Assembly (NCBI GenBank): GCA_039801365.1
Contig: JBDRUN010000001.1
Coordinates: forward strand, 37,711 to 101,710
Source of the DNA: a candidate division WOR-3 bacterium
GTDB lineage: Bacteria; Hydrothermota; Tepidihabitantia; Tepidihabitantales; Tepidihabitantaceae
Direction: 5' to 3'
DNA length: 64,000 nucleotides
A program made the translations under genes and the position numbers. Of this stretch, positions 57,623 through 64,000 are shown piece by piece. Positions within the stretch are counted from its first letter, which is position 1, and every line of letters begins with the position of its first letter. The notes under the pieces were generated by a model. The model saw only the letters and a program-made list of their open reading frames with translations, made no database searches and was not told the origin of the DNA.

Positions 57623-58075
57623 CTACGCCGCAAACAGTCTGACCTTGGTTTCTTTGAGTATTTTGGCCGGCTTGCCCAGTTCGGCTAGCGCTTTCACTCC
57701 GCCGGCACGTTTGACCTTCGGGGTCTGGAATACTTCCGGGTTTTCCAGTCCTTCGGTGCCCGCAAGGGCAAACTGGGCAGCAAGGGCTTTGAGGGTAGCG
57801 GCCGCGTTTTCGGGCAGGCTGGCAAGCCACTCTGCATGTTTATAGGAGAATGCCTCAGCCCGCTCTGCGCGCGTGCGCGGAGCAAGGCCGTAGCCGAGTT
57901 CGGCCAGGACGTCGTACAGGTCATAGTCGTCCATTTCTTCCACGCGCTGCACCAGCGAGGGTGAGTAGCCGGCGCTAACGAGGGCATCGATGAGTGCGCG
58001 GCGGCGGGCAGGTTCTACCAAGCGGTCGCGGAACGCCTCGAGCGTCGGCGCTTCGGCCACGAGTTTGGCGGCCAT
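57623..58075 (-). pseudogene. hsdR: Detached C-terminal domain of type I restriction enzyme HsdR (EcoEI_R_C-like)
   Basis: 150-aa ORF. …VEEMDDYDLYDVLAELGYG… resembles the HsdR C-terminal domain. It is separated from the helicase fragment by 9 bp and a frame break. Confidence 0.55.
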
Positions 58076-58084
58076 CCGTTCCTT

Positions 58085-59098
58085 CTATTCTTCTACTGTG
58101 ACGGGTATTGCCCTGCCATCCACTTCGGTCAGAATGTATTTGCCGGCCGGGGTGACGCGGACCTCGAATCCTTCTACGCGGATGGGCGGTTCAGGCGGAG
58201 GCGAAGGCTCGCGCTTTTCGCTTGATCTAGTCGGTCGGGACAGGAACTCTTCGCCGAATAGCCGAGTAGCGTTGGTGTAGTCGTAGACCGTGAATGCTAG
58301 TTTGCCCGAAGGCGGGTCAATGCGCGTGCCCCGGCCTACCATCTGGTAGAAAGCGATAGGCGATTTGACATACTTAAAGAAGGCGATGTTGCGCACACAG
58401 GGCACGTCCACGCCGGTGGTCAACAGGTCAACGGTGGTGGCGATGAAGTGGTGGCGCGAGGCACCGCGGAAGTCAGGAAGCTGGTCGTTACCCGAAGCAG
58501 AGGCGGTGCATTTGAAAGCGTAGGGTTCTGCCCGGGGGTGGCCGTGCTCTTTGCACCAGCGGGCGTACAGGTTGTTCATTTCCGCAGCCACATCGTCCGC
58601 ATGTCGGTCGCGGGTGCAGAAGATGATTGTTTTCTGTTCCGGGCCGCCGGTTTCGCACAGATAGGCAAAGAGGTCGGCGCACATGGCAGACACCCGGTCG
58701 GGCAGCAGAATGCGGTTTTCGTAGTCGGTTTTTTCGTAGAGCTGCCTCAACCGGTCGGAAGAAACCGGCTGGCCGGTGTCCGCATCAACCGGTTCGCGGG
58801 CCAAAATGTCGTCAATGGTGATACCGGTGTCGTCCAGGTTGACCCGGCCTTTCTGTATCAGGCAGGCGGCAAGGTATCCGTCTTCTATCGCCTGGGCCAT
58901 GTCGTATTCGTACACCGGCTCGCCGAAGTACGCAAGGTTGTCAGCGGTAATCTTCGCGTCTGCCTGCGCCTCGCGGGTCTTCTCGGTAATCTTGAGCGAA
59001 CGGGGCGTAGCGGTGAGTCCGATGTGTACCGCATCCGGGTTACGGGTAAGTACCTGAGACCATTTGCCCCAGGCTGAGCGATGGCATTCGTCAATCAC
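58085..59098 (-). pseudogene. hsdR: HsdR helicase-core fragment (starts at motif II; N-terminal nuclease domain and motif I are missing)
   Basis: The ORF begins MIDECHRS (DECH box). It then runs GLTATP (motif III) and the …QMVGRGTR… arginine finger (motif VI). In-frame stops lie immediately upstream, and no ORF follows for about 330 bp. Confidence 0.7.
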
Positions 59099-59426
59099 AA
59101 TGTGGCTGAAGTGATTCTCCGGATAGAACTCGGTGAGGAAGCTGGCGTCGTCGTCTTCGCGGGCAATACCCAGAGTTTGGTAGGTGGCGACGTGGATGCG
59201 GGCGTTGCGGGCGTGGTTCTTGCCGTCCGGGTAGCAAGTAACTCAATGACGATCGTTCCCCTCTGACCTATTCTGCTTCGGACTCAGCTTTCTCCTCCAA
59301 TTGAGAACAGTACTAACCCACGGTTTCGACTTTCTTCAGCTCAGAAAGCGGGGGCGTCCCTGGTATTCCCAAGACCTGACCCCAACCGGCCGGCTGAGAA
59401 TCATCCGCTGTGTCACAAGAACTTTC

Positions 59427-60224
59427 CTACTTCGGCGGCCAGAAGACACCGAGCACCAAGAAACTCCGTGGGTGCAGAAATACATTGCCTACATAGAACC
59501 ACGTGTCCTTGTCCGACCTCAGCATCTCGCCTTCCCACTTCTGTCTGACCTTGCGCAGCACGTCCTGCTCGCAGTTCTCTCGGTCCCGGAGTGTGCGGTA
59601 CAACTGCATCAACTCCCAGTCAATGACGGACAGGTCGTGTCCTCGGCAGCGTTCCTCGCCTGCGCACCTGAAGCGGTAGCCAAAACGGTAGGGTATGGGT
59701 TCAATTGCCTGCTTGGCTCCGGCAAAGGCGTCAAGTTGGTCATAGAACGCAGCCCTGAACTCAGCGCTGGTAGTATCAACCGGCTCGGCGTAGAACCTCA
59801 CGTTCTCCGGCTTGACCAAGCCCAGCGATGTGGCCGACTTTGCCTGCTCGTCCTTCAGGGCGCAGAGCGACGCGGCCCTAAGCGGCAATACGATCTCACG
59901 CCTTCTGGCCCACTTGCGCTTGGTGTCCCACGCCTGCTCGACAACCCTGATGCTGTTGCGGTCTACACGGAAGCTCTCCGGACGGGTGTCTTTCGACGTT
60001 CGGCTCACTCGAGCCTCGATGACGGAGTACTTGCTGAACCGCTGCCACGAGTTCAAGTCCCGGAAGGGCACCGGATAGAGCCTAATCCACCGTTTCGCTT
60101 CCAGGTCAATGCCGGCTACGCACACGGTCTCGGTGTATTTCCGGCTCGGATTGGGATAGGTCTTGACCGTGACGAGGATGCGGCGGGTCTGCCAGTCCAA
60201 AACTACAAGTGCCGGACCACGAAC
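59427..60224 (-). CDS. Hypothetical protein (defence-island gene, no recognised family)
   Basis: Long ORF (…VKTYPNPSRKYTETVCVAGIDLEAKRWIRLYPVPFRDL…). The annotated start overlaps the DUF488 gene by 109 bp, so I propose an internal GTG. The start remains uncertain. Confidence 0.4.
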   Translation of the reverse strand, partial: VRGPALVVLDWQTRRILVTVKTYPNPSRKYTETVCVAGIDLEAKRWIRLYPVPFRDLNSWQRFSKYSVIEARVSRTSKDTRPESFRVDRNSIRVVEQAWDTKRKWARRREIVLPLRAASLCALKDEQAKSATSLGLVKPENVRFYAEPVDTTSAEFRAAFYDQLDAFAGAKQAIEPIPYRFGYRFRCAGEERCRGHDLSVIDWELMQLYRTLRDRENCEQDVLRKVRQKWEGEMLRSDKDTWFYVGNVFLHPRSFLVLGVFWPPK

Positions 60225-60721
60225 TGATGGCCGTTGCGTCCCGCCAAGACCAGAGCCAACAGCGACCTGTGACACTGCTTCGGGTCGCGCTCGTAGCACA
60301 GGAGACAACACGGCTTGGCCACAGCCATCTGGTAGAGAGATTCCACAGAGTCATCCACCGTGGCGACGTAGGCAAGATACTGACGGGCAAGTTCCTCGAA
60401 GCTGCCAGTCATCCTGTACTGCTTACGCACAGCTACAGGTGTTCCCAACTCGCGCAGGCTCACGTATTGGATACCATTCAAAGGAAGGAAGGTTGCCAGA
60501 GCCGACTTGGAAAAGCCCCGCCTGCGGCTCAGCGGCAATTGACGAACGTCCGCCACGACGGCCACCTTTTCCTGCTTCAGCACAGCAATGAACTCATCGG
60601 TCGTCCGCCCTTCATAACCGGCTGTCAACAGCGGAAACACGGGGCACGCCACGCCACAGCCTACTCCTATCCGACCGTCGGTCAAGCCCGTCCGGTTATC
60701 GATGACACCAGGGGTTGTCAA
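60203..60721 (-). CDS. DUF488-family protein
   Basis: …TAGYEGRTTDEFIAVLKQEKVAVVADVRQLPLSRRRGFSKSALATFL…GIQYVSLRELG… fits the DUF488 (YeaO-like) signature. Confidence 0.65.
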   Translation of the reverse strand: MTTPGVIDNRTGLTDGRIGVGCGVACPVFPLLTAGYEGRTTDEFIAVLKQEKVAVVADVRQLPLSRRRGFSKSALATFLPLNGIQYVSLRELGTPVAVRKQYRMTGSFEELARQYLAYVATVDDSVESLYQMAVAKPCCLLCYERDPKQCHRSLLALVLAGRNGHQFVVRHL

Positions 60722-60934
60722 AGAACCGGCCGGTGTCCATTCTTCACACTCAGCTTCCCCCAGGTCGGCCGCGTGTCAAACAGAGAAAGGGTTCCAGGGG
60801 CGAGAGGCCAAGGGTTCGGTTTTGGGAAGAGGGAGCAGGACGCTGGGGCTAGTAACTGTCGGCCCGCAAAGCGCAAGATTCAGAACCTGACCCCGGGTTC
60901 CTCACTGTTGCGGACCCCGAAGCTGTAATACCGC

Positions 60935-63658
60935 TCAGTCCTGTACGGTGAACTCTCCTCCAAGCCGCAGCTCGCGGAGGGCAGCGTTGAGTTGCTGGCG
61001 GACGGCTGGGTCCTTGAGCTTGGCCTTGATGAAGACCTCGATCTCGACGCCATCGGCGCCGGCCAGTCTGGCCAGAACGCGATGGCTGAGCAGATTCCAC
61101 ATGTCGCGTGGGATGTTGCCACGCCACTCGACCGTCGTCGGCTGGACGGTCTTGGCTTCCGGCTTCGGCGGCTCAATGATGACGGTCGTATCGCCGCCCG
61201 GCGGCGCGAAGATGTCGCCCGGCTCCGTTACGCCGCCTGTCTGCGTACCGGCCTTCGCGACCTTCGCCCGCTCGGGCAAGAGTAGAAACGTTTCGTGGTC
61301 GAACTTGACCTCAGCCGGGTCAACGGTCTCTCTGAACCATATTCTGTGCAAGTGCAGCTCGTCCTTGCCGACACCCATGCCCAACGCGCCCTGCGGTACG
61401 GCCTTCTGTATCAGCGCCAATAGAGCTTCGTCGGCGCGCTCCAGCCGCGTGAGCGACCCTTGGAAGAACGCCGCCTTCAGACTGGCGAGCGACCACGCGC
61501 CTGTCTTCTTCAACGCTTGGGGCCACTTTCGCTCAACGTACGTCGGCCCGATTTCCCGGTTCAGCAAGTTGGCTTGGCGCATCCGGGACAGTATCGCGCC
61601 AGTGATGCCGCGTGCTTCGCTGGGATGCATCATCCCCAACGTCAGCTTCTGCAGGGACCCTGCCTTTGCGTCCCAATACAGAAGGCTGCTGTATAGACTC
61701 CAGACTCTCTCTTCAACCCTGGAGTACGCCTTCTTGACCTCTGTCCTCGCCATCTGCTGCTCGTGTGGCTCCAGTTCGCCCATGCTCCCTGCTTCCACCT
61801 CGTCGGCGATGACGGTCCACGCCATCCAGTCAGCGACGTCCTTCTGCAGGCCGGTGGCAGACTCAGGCATCACCCATAAGACTGCGCCCGGATACTGGCG
61901 TGGGGACTGACCGCAGTTCACAGTCCAGGCATTCAACTGCTCAGTCTGCCTCTGATCCAATTCGCTGTCAGGCGTCCCGACCACCAGCCGCAGCACCGGC
62001 CGGTCGGATACCTCGGCCGAGTCCTTGGGGAAGAACTGGGCCTCAATCTTAGCGTTCTTGCGGAACACCTGCGTGACCACGGCGCGCGTCTGCTTCTCCA
62101 CGTCGGCCGGGTTCAGGCCAGCCTTGCGGTCGGCGTGTATCTTGCGCAAGGTGGGCGAGCAGCCAAACTTCCACCCACCGGTCCCGACCGGACGCAAATA
62201 GTAGCAGCGGCTGACCAGGGCTTGGACGGCAGTATCTACAAGCGTTGTCTCGGTTTCCGCATCTCCAAGCGCGAACCGCAGGTCGGAAAGCGTCGCTACT
62301 TTGTCGGAAACCATGCCGCCACATGACTCAAACAGTAGCGCTGTGGCCACGCGCTGGTGCAGGTTCGTCCTGCCGACGGTGTCGCTCAGCTCCTTGTCCA
62401 GAGCAACCGCAACTGCGTTCTCACCGGAGATGTCATAGTTGATAGCGTGTTCCAGCCGCGTTTCGCCCATCTGTTCCAACACCTTGGACCGAAATTCCCG
62501 ATTACTCAGCGGTGCGGAGCCAAGGGTTATCAGTGGCTCTCTGCGTGCGCAGGCATAGCCTTCCCTGGCCGCTATGGCAATCCACATTCCAAGCATCACC
62601 AAAGTACCACGAGTCTGCTGAAATGAGGGCAGCGAAGCCCACTTGCGCTGGAACACGGTCAAAGTGCTAGGGTGAAACGGATAACATGCCTCAAATCGTT
62701 TCCTTATGACTTCTTCACCAAAATTGGCGAACTCCGCGGGCAGCCGATCCCGGCGTTCGAACACCCAGCGGGCGTACTGCCGTGCCGCGGCCTGCTGCAT
62801 GCTCTTGCGGCCCGGGTCTTCAAACAGCCTGCGCCGCACAATCTCGGAAATCTCCTCTGGGTCATTCGCCAGAAGCGGCTGGCCCACCCGGTCAGTCAGC
62901 TTCGACAGCTTGATTTGCCACTCGCATAGCTCATCGGTCATCTCGGTCGGCGACGCAGGCAGGCTGAACACGCCAACCGCATTCTGCCGGGCCGTTAGCG
63001 CCGTAGTGAGATTCTGCAGGAACGAATGGAACTGAGTAGCCAGATTCCCATAGCGGCCGATGAAGTTGAGCGTCTCATCAAACAAGAACAGAATCGGCGC
63101 GTCAACCAGGGCAAAGAGTTTCTCCAGGACTTCTGTGCCGGGTGCCCGCTGCTTGAAATCCTCGCCGATGAGCTTCCGGCCAGCGTCGCCGGCCAGTTGC
63201 ACCGCCACGTCAATCCATGGCGTCTCGCTGCCTGACTTCTGGTCCCAGGAGTTACCCACGAACACGGCGACCCGCGCCTTCGGCACCTGCTTCAGGCCTA
63301 TGGCAGAAAGCAGCTCCGGCACACCGGGATATGCTTGGGCCGCTGGCCCGGACTTGGCCAGATGATAGAGCGCCGCCAACGTGTGAGTCTTGCCGCCGCC
63401 GAACTGGGTGAGCATGGAAAGCACCGGCGCGGTGCCGGAAGTCTCGCCGGCCAGTCGGCGCAGCACTTTGCCGCAGTAGTCGGTAACAAGCGCCTTGGTG
63501 AAGTACGTGCGGCCAAAGAATTGCTCCGGGTTCTTGTAGTCATCCGGCGCTCTGCCCGAGACTATCTGGTCCAGATGCACCGCGAACTCGCTCGGGTCCA
63601 GTGACCGGCCCTCGCGCAATTCCTTACGTGGTGTTGCTACCTTGTACCATGGTTCCAT
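60935..63658 (-). CDS. DUF499-family ATPase (predicted defence-system NTPase)
   Basis: 907 aa. The N-terminus MEPWYKVATPRKELREGRSLDPSEFAVHLDQIV…FFGRTYFT… and the P-loop FGGGKTHT are what I recall as the DUF499 hallmark. Confidence 0.75.
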   Translation of the reverse strand: MEPWYKVATPRKELREGRSLDPSEFAVHLDQIVSGRAPDDYKNPEQFFGRTYFTKALVTDYCGKVLRRLAGETSGTAPVLSMLTQFGGGKTHTLAALYHLAKSGPAAQAYPGVPELLSAIGLKQVPKARVAVFVGNSWDQKSGSETPWIDVAVQLAGDAGRKLIGEDFKQRAPGTEVLEKLFALVDAPILFLFDETLNFIGRYGNLATQFHSFLQNLTTALTARQNAVGVFSLPASPTEMTDELCEWQIKLSKLTDRVGQPLLANDPEEISEIVRRRLFEDPGRKSMQQAAARQYARWVFERRDRLPAEFANFGEEVIRKRFEACYPFHPSTLTVFQRKWASLPSFQQTRGTLVMLGMWIAIAAREGYACARREPLITLGSAPLSNREFRSKVLEQMGETRLEHAINYDISGENAVAVALDKELSDTVGRTNLHQRVATALLFESCGGMVSDKVATLSDLRFALGDAETETTLVDTAVQALVSRCYYLRPVGTGGWKFGCSPTLRKIHADRKAGLNPADVEKQTRAVVTQVFRKNAKIEAQFFPKDSAEVSDRPVLRLVVGTPDSELDQRQTEQLNAWTVNCGQSPRQYPGAVLWVMPESATGLQKDVADWMAWTVIADEVEAGSMGELEPHEQQMARTEVKKAYSRVEERVWSLYSSLLYWDAKAGSLQKLTLGMMHPSEARGITGAILSRMRQANLLNREIGPTYVERKWPQALKKTGAWSLASLKAAFFQGSLTRLERADEALLALIQKAVPQGALGMGVGKDELHLHRIWFRETVDPAEVKFDHETFLLLPERAKVAKAGTQTGGVTEPGDIFAPPGGDTTVIIEPPKPEAKTVQPTTVEWRGNIPRDMWNLLSHRVLARLAGADGVEIEVFIKAKLKDPAVRQQLNAALRELRLGGEFTVQD

Positions 63659-63670
63659 TGTCCATCCTCT

Positions 63671-64000
63671 CTACTTGCCCGCCTGCTTCGTTGCGGGCAG
63701 GCCCATTAGCGCCTGTAAGCCCTCAAGCCAACGCCGCTCCTCACTCTTCTCATGATACAACGCGGTCAACGCGAGCGCGAGCCGCTCGAACCTGCGGCCA
63801 CGCTTCCGCTCATCCTCCAGCAACTGCCGCAGCAGGGTGGTCTGTCCGGCTCGGAACAGGAGCATCGCCACGTGCAGCCGGTCCAGAGTCGTCTGCTCCT
63901 CGATGCGACCGGCGACTCCGCGTTTGGCAGCTACGACCTGCCGCTGCACCTCTTCTTTACCAAAGAGCTTCAACTGCGGACTCGGTAGCGTGAACTCGCG
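63671..64000 (-). CDS. C-terminal part of an upstream gene running off the window end
   Basis: The reading frame stays open to position 64000. The last roughly 110 aa have no recognisable motif. It is positioned where a partner, e.g. a methyltransferase, would be expected upstream of the DUF499 gene. Confidence 0.4.
   Translation of the reverse strand, partial: REFTLPSPQLKLFGKEEVQRQVVAAKRGVAGRIEEQTTLDRLHVAMLLFRAGQTTLLRQLLEDERKRGRRFERLALALTALYHEKSEERRWLEGLQALMGLPATKQAGK

Noticed and set aside
59099-59426. Missing N-terminal part of hsdR in another frame
   Set aside because: All three minus-strand frames are closed by stops within a few codons upstream of 59098. No Walker-A (GxGKT) or nuclease motif is visible in any frame.
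1-64000. CRISPR array
   Set aside because: The only short tandem repeats are 7-nt microsatellite-like arrays and the 130-bp pair. Nothing shows 25–40-bp repeats with unique spacers, and there are no cas genes.

Overview
This 64-kb window comes from a high-GC bacterial genome. The many C-terminal 'Por/T9SS' sorting domains suggest an organism of the FCB-group type (inference). The annotation below was made by eye from the sequence and the supplied ORF track; I ran no searches.

**1. Housekeeping and metabolism (1–11.2 kb; 32–50 kb).** This region encodes:
- MgtE
- an ODC-like decarboxylase next to a deoxyhypusine/homospermidine-synthase-like gene
- a heterodimeric ABC exporter pair
- Fpg
- a thioredoxin lipoprotein
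- Nth
- IlvE
- RpiB
- a Wza-like polysaccharide exporter
- a fused membrane/spermidine-synthase-like protein
- a NikR regulator followed by a TonB-dependent receptor and a metal ABC importer
- an overlapping ppdK-pckA operon
- a small UV-repair cluster (T4 endoV-like glycosylase plus a DUF523/DUF1722 protein)

**2. Secretome island (11.7–16.5 kb and 20.8–31.6 kb).** Eight or more T9SS-tailed secreted proteins sit here:
- AlkP-like + BNR tandem paralogs
- BNR/sialidase-like propellers
- Kelch propellers
- a CBM-like protein
- a 1391-aa giant with three near-identical TIG/IPT repeats

A TrmB-family regulator lies at the upstream end of the six-gene array.

**3. Decayed defence island (about 51.8–64 kb).**
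- The type I RM locus keeps hsdM and a half-size hsdS apparently intact. hsdR survives only as fragments.
- A Fic gene, two four-helix-bundle (TIGR02436-type) genes and a PD-(D/E)xK protein are inserted between the RM genes.
- Each four-helix-bundle gene is bracketed by inverted arrays of a 7-nt tandem repeat, (TTTTGGA)n for one and (GTTACAG)n for the other. I think this is the most unusual structure in the window.
- Upstream sits a DUF499-family ATPase, a DUF488 protein, an unrecognised approximately 265-aa protein and a partial gene. This looks like a poorly characterised defence module.

**Other items.** I also flag a probable RNase P RNA in a 570-bp ORF-free gap and tRNA-Gly(CCC) with a 33-bp partial duplicate 60 bp away. 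There is a tRNA-Met(CAT), and a pair of 130-bp hairpin-containing tandem repeats has been absorbed into the ends of two ORF predictions. An edge-truncated ORF at 1–724 is missing from the ORF track.
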